The notes under the pieces were generated by a model that worked only from the letters and a program-made list of their open reading frames with translations, made no database searches and had not been told where the DNA came from. A program made the position numbers and the translations under genes. This document shows, piece by piece, positions 49,020 through 57,122 of a DNA stretch of 64,000 nucleotides. Every line of letters starts with the position of its first letter. Position 1 is the first letter of the stretch. Source of the DNA: an uncultured Gammaproteobacteria bacterium (GTDB taxonomy: Bacteria > Patescibacteriota > Patescibacteriia > SG8-24); assembly GCA_964491475.1 (NCBI GenBank), contig CAZBFO010000003.1, positions 8,766 through 72,765 on the forward strand. The letters are read 5' to 3'.

Positions 49020-49697
49020 ATGAAAACGTTCATCAAGTTCGCGAGCTTGCTCTCGTTCATCGTCATCTTTGCCGTCATCGGCGGCTGCGGCCTCCAGGAC
49101 GGCGAGTCCGACCCGGGATCCGGCGGTCCGCCTCCGAACAGCGGAGGCAACGGCGGTAACGGCGGGAATGGCGGTAACGGCGGTAACGGCGGCAACGGCG
49201 GTTCCGCCACGACCAGCAATGGCGGGGCGAAGCCTACGAACAAGGCTTGTGCTGTCGTCGATCTGCCCTCACCGTTCCAGAGCATCAAGTCGTACGACTT
49301 GGACTTTAACAAGTTCTACGTCAGCGGCTCAAGCACCGGCTTCGTGTGCGGCACTCTGCCGAACATGAAGTGGGACCAGTGCCAGGCTCTCGGCGACGAC
49401 AACGCTGATGCCTGGATCGGGATGACGATCGTGGACCCGAAGGCACTGCCGGACGGCACGTACGACTTCTCGTACAAGGACGCACGCGACGTGTTTGCAC
49501 AGTACGGCGCTCCTGCGCAGATTCTGTGCATGCCGCGCGACGGTGTCGCGTACCTTCAGTGCAATTGGGTCAACCAAGACGGCTCGACGACGGATCTCGG
49601 TCGCCAGGGCGAGTGCCACGTTCGCGTCAGTACGCATTCCGGCGTCATTTCGCCGGCAGGCAATGCTGTCGTGTTCTGGGACCGTCTGAACAAGTGA
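49020..49697 (+). CDS. Lipoprotein-like protein with (GGN)n linker
   Basis: AGGAG SD; signal ending IGGC; Cys-containing C-terminal domain paralogous to 49920..50762. Confidence 0.75.
   Translation: MKTFIKFASLLSFIVIFAVIGGCGLQDGESDPGSGGPPPNSGGNGGNGGNGGNGGNGGNGGSATTSNGGAKPTNKACAVVDLPSPFQSIKSYDLDFNKFYVSGSSTGFVCGTLPNMKWDQCQALGDDNADAWIGMTIVDPKALPDGTYDFSYKDARDVFAQYGAPAQILCMPRDGVAYLQCNWVNQDGSTTDLGRQGECHVRVSTHSGVISPAGNAVVFWDRLNK
49143..49203 (+). repeat. 9-bp coding tandem repeat (Gly-Gly-Asn)
   Basis: GGCGGTAAC-like units repeated about 6 times. Confidence 0.8.
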
Positions 49698-49733
49698 CGG
49701 GGTACGAAGGTCAGCCGAGATTCTTCGGCAGAC

Positions 49734-49770
49734 AAGAAGGGGTCCAGCGCTTGCTGGGCCCCTCTTTTTT
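49734..49770 (+). terminator. Intrinsic terminator
   Basis: AGGGGTCCAGC-GCTT-GCTGGGCCCCT followed by a T-run. Confidence 0.7.
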
Positions 49771-49806
49771 ATGCTTATTTTAGCATAAAAATAGTATATG
49801 GCATGG

Positions 49807-49835
49807 TTGACAAAATGGCTTTTTTGTGCTATGGT
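49807..49835 (+). promoter_or_regulatory. Sigma70 promoter, conserved-spacer class
   Basis: TTGACA-AAATGGCTTTTTTGTGC-TATGGT with AT-rich upstream region. Confidence 0.75.
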
Positions 49836-49919
49836 GATCAGTCCTCTAATACAAGATTTTGCGCCAACGGCCATTCGGGCTGAAGGTGTGGGGACACCAC
49901 GAATACGGGAGCTCATTCC

Positions 49920-50762
49920 ATGAAAAAGCATTTCGTTTTGGCACTGCTGTCTTCGGCGCTCATGCTCGTCGCTTGCGGCGTGCAGACCGGCGATGACGAG
50001 CTGTTCGCTCCGATGCCTCCCAATTCCGCCGCTTTCGGCGGAGTCGATGGCGGTCCGGCGGCCGACGCGGGCGCATCGCGCCCCGACGCCACGGCAGCTT
50101 CCTCCGACACCGGAGGAGGCAAGACCGACAGCGGTTCCTCGGAACCGAAGTCGGACGCGGGCGGCACGGTTCCGGACAGCGGCAGCGATGCCGCCGATTC
50201 CGGCAAACCGAAACCTGACGCATCGACCCCCGATTCCGGCGTCTCTGACGCTGGCGTCGCCGATGCGGCAACCGAAGCCGGCAGCGATGCCGGTGCCGAT
50301 TCCGGTCCGGCCGACGCTGGCGTGGTCGTTCCCGACAACGCCGATGTCGTCCGTTTGACCGCTGACCGCAAGACATTCCTGCTCTCGACTCGCTATATCT
50401 TCTCCGCCAAGTGCGGTGAGGTGCGCGGGCCGATGCCGGGCGTCGGCTGGTCCGCCGGTCCGCAGTCCTGCGACACCGATAGTGACGGCTACTTCGCCTA
50501 CACGCCGATCGCGGGGACGGTGGGGACCTACTCCTTCACTTACCTCGATCCCAACAAGCCGGCGGACGGCTGGGCCCTCTACGGCAATATCGACCTCCTT
50601 CGGGCGATGTCGCCGACGGCACGGTCGTTCGTCGAGTGCAATTGGTGGGATGCGTCCACGCAGAAGACCGTTTCGGTCGGCAACCCGAGCTGCAGCCTGA
50701 AGGCCACCTTCGGTGCCAACGGACTGCTCGCGGGTGCGGGGAACATGGCGAACCTCCAGTAG
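49920..50762 (+). CDS. Lipoprotein-like protein with Asp-Ala/Ser-Gly low-complexity linker
   Basis: MKK-hydrophobic-LVAC lipobox; DAG/DSG repeats; C-terminal domain shared with the 49020 gene. Confidence 0.78.
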   Translation: MKKHFVLALLSSALMLVACGVQTGDDELFAPMPPNSAAFGGVDGGPAADAGASRPDATAASSDTGGGKTDSGSSEPKSDAGGTVPDSGSDAADSGKPKPDASTPDSGVSDAGVADAATEAGSDAGADSGPADAGVVVPDNADVVRLTADRKTFLLSTRYIFSAKCGEVRGPMPGVGWSAGPQSCDTDSDGYFAYTPIAGTVGTYSFTYLDPNKPADGWALYGNIDLLRAMSPTARSFVECNWWDASTQKTVSVGNPSCSLKATFGANGLLAGAGNMANLQ

Positions 50763-50783
50763 GTTCGACGGAAGTTCCATTCT

Positions 50784-50820
50784 AAAAAAGGGCGGCTGAC
50801 GCTTGTCGGCCGCCCTTTTA
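50784..50820 (+). terminator. Intrinsic terminator
   Basis: AAAAGGGCGGCTGAC-GCTT-GTCGGCCGCCCTTTT. Confidence 0.72.
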
Positions 50821-50850
50821 CGCTGCCCAAACGTGCTACAATGGGCCTGT

Positions 50851-52395
50851 ATGCACCACGGTGAACCGGTGGCCGACATCATGGCCAAAGAAACCACCAA
50901 GGCCGTACGCAGCCCCTATGGGCCCGTTTTGGGCACTCTTTTGACCATAACGGTGCTGCTGGGCATCATCGTTTCCCCGTGGAAGGCGGTGGCGCTGGCC
51001 GTAACCCTGGCGGTAGTGGTGGTTACCATGGCTAGGCCGCATTGGGCGCTGTTTTTCCTGGCGGTCTACACGCCCTTCGAACCTTTCCTTCTCAAATTCG
51101 TCCCGGACGAACTGTACGTCTACGCGCGTTATTTTACCGAGGGCCTGGTGTACCTGCTGTTGGCGGCCGTGCTCGTGCGCATCTTCGCGCGCGAAAAGAA
51201 AATGGTGGCCACGCCCATCGACCTGCCGTTCGTTTTTTTCCTGCTGGTCGCCCTCACTTCGTTGGTCGTGAATTTCGTGCCGCCGTTCATCGGCATCCTC
51301 GGTTTGCGGCAGATCATCCGCTTCATCCTGCTGTTCTTCGCGACCGTCTACCTTAATCCCGAGGAACAGTTCATTCGCAAGGTGACTGCGGCGATGTTCT
51401 GCGTGGTGGCGTTCGAGGGCGTGCTCGGATTGGCGCAGGCTTTCGTGGGTGCGCCGCTCGACCAGTTCCTGATTCCCAGCGAGCGTCACTTTTACGAAAG
51501 CATCCAGCTGACCAGCGGCACCGCCCAGTCGTGGTCGCCAGGCACGCGCGTCTTCGCCACGCTCGGGCGGTATGACCAATTGGGCACGTTCCTGTGCTTC
51601 TTCATCGTGCTGGCCATCGGCCTGTGGTACGTGCACGGGCGCAAGGAAGGCGGTCGCAAGTTCATGCCGTTCGCCGTCGCCGCGCTGCCGGCCCTCCTGC
51701 TGACGCTTTCGCGCGCCTCGTGGTTCGGCCTGCTCATCGCGCTGTTCTGCATCGGCGGCATGCTGATGCGCGACTGGCGGGTGCGGTTCGCCTACGCGGG
51801 TGCGATTTTCCTGGCGGTGGGCTATCTGGCCGTTTCCGGCATCACCGTCAAATACCTCACGGATTATCCCGAACAGACGCCGATAGAGCGCCTGTTCGAA
51901 TCGTTCTCGTACGAGCGGTGGCGCGGCGAATATTACGGCCTCGGTCGGCTGTACTGGATCGTGCAGACGCCGGCAGTGGTGGTGCGCTCGTCGCCGCTGG
52001 TGGGCGTGGGTCCCGGCCAATACGGTGGGGGAGCCGCCGCGGCGCTCGGCAACACCACGGTATACGAGCGCCTGAACCTGCCCTTCGGCGTCTACGGCAC
52101 GGACGGGTATATTGACAACAACTGGTTCTCGCTGTGGGGCGAGACGGGAACGCTCGGCCTGGTGTTCTACCTGTGGATGTTCGTGGCGCTGTGGCGAATG
52201 TCGCTGACCGTCTGGCGCGAGGCCAAGGACAAGAACGTGCGCGGCCTGGCGCTGGGTTTTGCCGGCTGCCTGCTGGCGTTCGGTTTCCAGGCGTTCCTGG
52301 CGACCTACCTCGAAGTGCGCACCATCGCGCTGTATTTTTGGATGTACGCCGCCTTCGTGTACGTCCTCGGGCGCAGGAACAAGGTGTTCAGCTAA
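50851..52395 (+). CDS. O-antigen ligase/Wzy-like membrane protein
   Basis: RVFATLG, LTLSRASW, PLVGVGPG, DNNWFSLWGETGTLG; multi-TM. Confidence 0.85.
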   Translation: MHHGEPVADIMAKETTKAVRSPYGPVLGTLLTITVLLGIIVSPWKAVALAVTLAVVVVTMARPHWALFFLAVYTPFEPFLLKFVPDELYVYARYFTEGLVYLLLAAVLVRIFAREKKMVATPIDLPFVFFLLVALTSLVVNFVPPFIGILGLRQIIRFILLFFATVYLNPEEQFIRKVTAAMFCVVAFEGVLGLAQAFVGAPLDQFLIPSERHFYESIQLTSGTAQSWSPGTRVFATLGRYDQLGTFLCFFIVLAIGLWYVHGRKEGGRKFMPFAVAALPALLLTLSRASWFGLLIALFCIGGMLMRDWRVRFAYAGAIFLAVGYLAVSGITVKYLTDYPEQTPIERLFESFSYERWRGEYYGLGRLYWIVQTPAVVVRSSPLVGVGPGQYGGGAAAALGNTTVYERLNLPFGVYGTDGYIDNNWFSLWGETGTLGLVFYLWMFVALWRMSLTVWREAKDKNVRGLALGFAGCLLAFGFQAFLATYLEVRTIALYFWMYAAFVYVLGRRNKVFS

Positions 52396-52401
52396 AAGCG
52401 C

Positions 52402-53658
52402 ATGAAAGTCGTCTTTGCCAACAAATACTATTTTCTGAAGGGCGGCGCGGAGCGCTATCTTTTCGATTTGAAGGCGCTGCTGGAGCGCCACGGCAACGAG
52501 GTCATACCTTTCGCCATGCGGGACGGGCGCAACCTCAAGACGCCGTGGGAAAAATATTTCGTCAGCGCCGTGCGGACCGAGCGCGTGCGTTTCTCGCTTG
52601 ACGGTCTCAAGACCGCCGGCCGGATGCTGTACTCGTTCGAGGCCAAGCGCAAGTTCGCGAGGCTGCTCGATGCCGCCAAGCCGCAGCTGCTGCACGTGCA
52701 CAACATCTACCACCAGATTTCGCCGTCCATTCTTCCCGAAGCGCGCAAGCGGGGAATCCCCGTGGTGATGACCGCGCACGATTACAAGCTGGTCGCGCCC
52801 AACTACTCGCTGTTTCACGACGGCGCCATCTGCGAGCGTACCAAGCCCGACAAGTACTGGCAGGCATACAGGCACCGTTGCATCAAAGGCTCTGCCGCCG
52901 CCAGCGCGCTCGCGGCGATGGAGATGACCCTGCACAAGGCGCTCGGCCTGTACCGAGACAACGTCGACAAGATCATCGCGCCCAGCCGCTTCATGCAGGC
53001 GCTGCTGGCCGAATACGGCATTCCCGCCCGAAAGATCGTGCATATCCCGCATCCGATCGACGCCTCGGCATGGCGACCGGCTTTCGGAGGGGGGAAGTAT
53101 GCGCTCTACGTGGGGCGCTTGTCCGAGGAGAAGGGCGTCGACGTTTTGATCCGCGCCGCGGCCATGCGAAAAGACATCCCCGTGCATATCGTGGGCACCG
53201 GCCCGGACGAGGCGCGATTAAAAGAGCTGGCCAAGAAGCTCGATGCCGCTAACGTCATCTTCCGCGGCTTCATGTCCGGCGGCGACCTCCGATCCGAATA
53301 TGCCGGAGCAAGTTTCCTGGTCGTTCCTTCGGTCTGGTACGAAGTCTTCGGCCTGATCGTTCTCGAAGCCTACGCTGCAGGCAAACCGGTGGTGGCCTCG
53401 CAAATCGGCGGCCTCGGCGAACTGGTCCGCGACGGCGAAACCGGCTTCCTCTGCTCCGCCGGCGACTCCGAAGACTTTGCCGACAAGATGGGCGCATTGT
53501 GGGACGCCCCGTTAATAGCCGACGACATGGGCGTCGCCGGACGCGCTTGGGTGGAAAGCGACTTCACCCCGGATGAACACCTGAAAAGGATTCTCGACGT
53601 ATATGCGGGCGCGCTGGCGTCCGCAAGCGCGCCCCTTGCGCGGCCCCGCTCCGGGTGA
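52402..53658 (+). CDS. GT4 family glycosyltransferase
   Basis: GGAERY, HNIYHQISPS, YVGRLSEEKG, WYEVFGLIVLEA. Confidence 0.92.
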   Translation: MKVVFANKYYFLKGGAERYLFDLKALLERHGNEVIPFAMRDGRNLKTPWEKYFVSAVRTERVRFSLDGLKTAGRMLYSFEAKRKFARLLDAAKPQLLHVHNIYHQISPSILPEARKRGIPVVMTAHDYKLVAPNYSLFHDGAICERTKPDKYWQAYRHRCIKGSAAASALAAMEMTLHKALGLYRDNVDKIIAPSRFMQALLAEYGIPARKIVHIPHPIDASAWRPAFGGGKYALYVGRLSEEKGVDVLIRAAAMRKDIPVHIVGTGPDEARLKELAKKLDAANVIFRGFMSGGDLRSEYAGASFLVVPSVWYEVFGLIVLEAYAAGKPVVASQIGGLGELVRDGETGFLCSAGDSEDFADKMGALWDAPLIADDMGVAGRAWVESDFTPDEHLKRILDVYAGALASASAPLARPRSG

Positions 53659-53694
53659 CGCTCTCGCTAAAAAAAATCTCGGCTCCGAGCAATC

Positions 53695-53722
53695 AAAAAC
53701 GAGACCCCTTCGGTCTCGTTTT
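53695..53722. terminator. Terminator between convergent glycosyltransferase genes
   Basis: AAAAACGAGACC/GGTCTCGTTTTT. Confidence 0.7.
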
Positions 53723-53735
53723 GGCATGTGATCGG

Positions 53736-54941
53736 TTACGCCGTCATCCGCGTCCGCTTCGCGCTCACGAGCGCGGCCGTCGCGGTCCTGCGGGAAGCCG
53801 CGCGCATCGCGCTCCGTTCCGTCGCGAACAGCGACTCGTACGTGCGCTCGACGCCGCGCGCGACGTCATCCCAATGGTAGTTGGCGATGACGAATTTCTT
53901 GGCGGCGGCTCCGTTCAGCGCGACTGCTTCGGGCTGGTCGAGCAGCACGCGCAGCTTGCGGGTGAGGTCGGCGACGCTGCGGTTGCGGAAGCTCATGCCG
54001 AACTCGCGGGTGCATTCCATGTTCTCGGGAATGTCGGAAGCGAGGACGGTCTTGCCGTAGCTCATGGCTTCGAGAACTGCGATGGGCAGGCCTTCGGATT
54101 CCGAAGGGTGCACGACGGCGTACGAACCGGCGAAGACCTGCTCGAGCGCGCGGCCCTTGAGGTAGCCGGTAAAGAGGATGTCGGGGTTGCCGGCGGCCAT
54201 GGCGCGCAGGCGGGCCACGTAGTCGTCGGTGAAGGCCGAGCCGCCGACGATGACCAGCTTCTTGCCGCGGGTCAGGTCGCGCTTTTGCAGGCGCTGATAG
54301 GCCTCGATGAGATGGTGCGCGCCCTTATGGCGCACCAGGCGCGAAACCATGATCACGTAACCGTCTTTCTTCAGGCCGAACTTGGCCAGGACGTCAGTGC
54401 CGATGCGTCCGGGAGTCTCGATGCCGTTCGGAACGTAGATGACGTCGCCGCCGAAGCGGTGCATGCAGTACGACTGCAACGTCTTGGAGACGGCGATGGT
54501 CTGATGGGGGAACATGCAGGCGGCGCGTTCGCCGAGGCCGAGCATGGTGCGGGCGATGAAGCCCCACTTTTGGTGGTTGCGGTCGACACAGTGGAAGGTC
54601 GCCACGACTTTGGCGCGAGGCGCGAACACGCGCGGAATCCAGGAAAGCAGCGACGGACCGACGCCATGATAATGGATCACTTCGGCACCGTCGCGAATCG
54701 CGTGCACCGTCGAAGTGAAGGTGTGCACGATGGCATCGAGGTGCTTGGAGTTGATGGTCGGAGTGGCCACCGTGCTGACGCCTTTCGAAAAGCGGCGCTT
54801 TGCGGGCGCATACCAAGAACGCGTGTAGACGGTCACATCATGCCCTCGCTTGCCCAGGCGAACAGCCAAAGCTTCAACGTGGCGCTCAATGCCGCCAAAT
54901 TGCGTGGGGATGCCCTTTTGTCCGATCATTGCGATCTTCAT
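53736..54941 (-). CDS. GT4 family glycosyltransferase
   Basis: GQKGIP..FGGIERHV, SRLVRHKG, EGLPIAVLEAMSYG. Confidence 0.93.
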   Translation of the reverse strand: MKIAMIGQKGIPTQFGGIERHVEALAVRLGKRGHDVTVYTRSWYAPAKRRFSKGVSTVATPTINSKHLDAIVHTFTSTVHAIRDGAEVIHYHGVGPSLLSWIPRVFAPRAKVVATFHCVDRNHQKWGFIARTMLGLGERAACMFPHQTIAVSKTLQSYCMHRFGGDVIYVPNGIETPGRIGTDVLAKFGLKKDGYVIMVSRLVRHKGAHHLIEAYQRLQKRDLTRGKKLVIVGGSAFTDDYVARLRAMAAGNPDILFTGYLKGRALEQVFAGSYAVVHPSESEGLPIAVLEAMSYGKTVLASDIPENMECTREFGMSFRNRSVADLTRKLRVLLDQPEAVALNGAAAKKFVIANYHWDDVARGVERTYESLFATERSAMRAASRRTATAALVSAKRTRMTA

Positions 54942-54991
54942 AGGCGTTTTTGGCTCAACACTGCGATAAAAGCAGTATTTGAGAACCAGCT

Positions 54992-55020
54992 AACTTAGCA
55001 TAATTTTGGCTGATTGTCAA
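54992..55020 (-). promoter_or_regulatory. Sigma70 promoter
   Basis: TTGACA-17 nt (ending TGC)-TAAGTT. Confidence 0.6.
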
Positions 55021-55043
55021 CGGTCGTGGTGGCCATAACTAAC

Positions 55044-55072
55044 AAAAAAGCCCTTAAACAAGGGCTTTTTTC
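55044..55072 (-). terminator. Intrinsic terminator
   Basis: AAAAAAGCCCTT-AAAC-AAGGGCTTTTTT. Confidence 0.7.
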
Positions 55073-55084
55073 AGGCTTCTGGCC

Positions 55085-57112
55085 TTATTTCCGGCTCTTC
55101 TTGCCGGTTTTCGTGGTTACTGGCGCGGGCTCGACGGCGCCTTTTCCTGCCGATCGCTGGTCGTAGGGAAGGTCCGTCGTCAGGTCGGCGGCAGTGGCAT
55201 GCAGGGTGGCGTTCGTTGCCTGATCGCGTCCGGTAATTTTGACGCTCTTAAGCAAGGTCGGCGCCGTCCCTACGTCCGCTGCCGTCGGGGTCAGCGCGAT
55301 CTCGAAGCTGCCGCCGACGCTGGTGGCGTCGCCGTTGGCAAAAGCAGGGACGCTCCCCAGGTCCCAGCGAACCGTGCGCGTGCTGGGCAAGTAGTCGATT
55401 GCCGTGCCCGAGGTGACGCTTGACTTACCCGTCCAGGAAACTTCGGGCGGCAGCGTCGCCTCGACGACAGTGCCGTCGACGCCGCCGGTGGTCGTCGTTA
55501 CGGTCAGGAAGACGCGATACTTGGTGGTTTCGCCTGCGCGCGGCGGCAGCGGGCCGATGCCCAGCTGGTCGCCGGCCTTGGTGTAGTACAGCGCGGCCGC
55601 CTCGATGCCCAGCCGGGTCGCCACCGGCAGGTCGATAGTGCCGGTATCGACGTGAACGACATCTGATTCGCCAGCCAGCTCGTACTCTGCGCGGCCGATG
55701 ACGTGGAGGGAAGGGAACGCGGTCGCGCCCAGGTCTTCCGAGGTAAGGTCACGCTTGGCGGAGAACGTCGCGATCAGCTCGCCGGATTCTCCCGGCTGCA
55801 CGATGGCCAGCTTTGGCGTGTCCTTTTCGTTCCACGAAAGGGCGGCCGGGTTCTGGTCGACGATAAACGACGCGCCCGGGTCGAGAGTCACGCGGAGATG
55901 GGCGATGGGCTGCGCGCCGTCGTTCTTGTAGCGAATGCTGACGCGCGCAGGTTCGCCGGGCAGCAGCGCGTCGCGGCCGTCGGGGTTGAGCAGCTGGGCG
56001 TCAAACGAGAGCGCTGCTGCACGCGAGTCGGCATTCCGGCGCACCCGTTCCGCAAGCGCGTTGCTCGTCTGGCCGTCCTCGCGCACGTACCCGCGCACGG
56101 TGAAGACCGAGGCCTCTCGCAGTTTTTCGGGCACCGATCGGAAATAGCCGTACATTTTCAGGGTGCCGTGAGCGTTGGCCGGCAGCGTTCCCAGGCGCCA
56201 TTCCCTGACGCCGGCGAAGGCCGGCGAAACGCCGGTAACCGTGAAGTCATCGGGAATCGCAATGCGAACGACGACGCCGGAAAGCGGTCGGTCGGCCTTG
56301 TTCGCGTATTCCAGTCCGATTTCGCGAGTCACCCCGCGGTCGATGTTCGCGGGCAGGTGCAGGTCGAGCGAGAGCACCGAGCCGGTGATGGGCCGATCGT
56401 CGAGCGTCGAAACGCGCGAGGAGACGGTGGCGGCGTCGTCCCAGTAAAGCAGCTCGGCCGACATCGAAGAAGTGTCGCCGGTGGCACCGTAGGTGCGCGC
56501 CTTGAAGCGGATTTCGTCGCGGCTGTTCGGCGGAACGGTGCCCAGCGCGTAGACCAGGATGTCGTGACGCGAATTTTCGGACAGCGCCTTAGCCATGGTG
56601 GTGTCGACCGTGCAAGCCTTTTCCTTGGGGTCGGCGTCGGCGACATCGCTGACCAGGCCGGTGCCCGGCGGCAGGTGCACCCGCAGGACGACGCAGCCCA
56701 GCGGCCTGGGCGAGTCGTTGCGATAGGCATAGACGTACTCGGTGTCGGCGCCGCTGACGATCGATTGCGGCGAAACGGCGTCGATGCGGGCCAGCGGCGG
56801 CGTGGGAATCAGCGGCAAGAGCGTGTCGGCGAAAAACCAGATCACCAGCATGCCGCTCAACATCGCCAGCAGAGCCATGTCGAACCAGAACACCTTGGAG
56901 TGGTGCTTGGGGAACCTGGTGCGGTATTTGCGCTCGTAGTGGCTGGCCAGATGGTCGTAGCACACCTTTTTGACGGGATCGGCGTACTTAAACAGCGGCT
57001 CGGCGATGTCCTGCAGCTTGTCCCAAATGCGCATCATCGCGCCCGAATAGGCGGTGACGGCTTTGGCGGCCGTCCCTTTGGCGCGAGTCTGCTTTTGCTT
57101 GCGTTCTGGCAT
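55085..57112 (-). CDS. Membrane-anchored protein with DUF11-like Ig repeats
   Basis: TM near the N-terminus; repeated Y.N...L...P and W.LG.LP units; GPLPPRAGETTKY. Confidence 0.75.
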   Translation of the reverse strand: MPERKQKQTRAKGTAAKAVTAYSGAMMRIWDKLQDIAEPLFKYADPVKKVCYDHLASHYERKYRTRFPKHHSKVFWFDMALLAMLSGMLVIWFFADTLLPLIPTPPLARIDAVSPQSIVSGADTEYVYAYRNDSPRPLGCVVLRVHLPPGTGLVSDVADADPKEKACTVDTTMAKALSENSRHDILVYALGTVPPNSRDEIRFKARTYGATGDTSSMSAELLYWDDAATVSSRVSTLDDRPITGSVLSLDLHLPANIDRGVTREIGLEYANKADRPLSGVVVRIAIPDDFTVTGVSPAFAGVREWRLGTLPANAHGTLKMYGYFRSVPEKLREASVFTVRGYVREDGQTSNALAERVRRNADSRAAALSFDAQLLNPDGRDALLPGEPARVSIRYKNDGAQPIAHLRVTLDPGASFIVDQNPAALSWNEKDTPKLAIVQPGESGELIATFSAKRDLTSEDLGATAFPSLHVIGRAEYELAGESDVVHVDTGTIDLPVATRLGIEAAALYYTKAGDQLGIGPLPPRAGETTKYRVFLTVTTTTGGVDGTVVEATLPPEVSWTGKSSVTSGTAIDYLPSTRTVRWDLGSVPAFANGDATSVGGSFEIALTPTAADVGTAPTLLKSVKITGRDQATNATLHATAADLTTDLPYDQRSAGKGAVEPAPVTTKTGKKSRK

Positions 57113-57122
57113 ATCGGTGATA

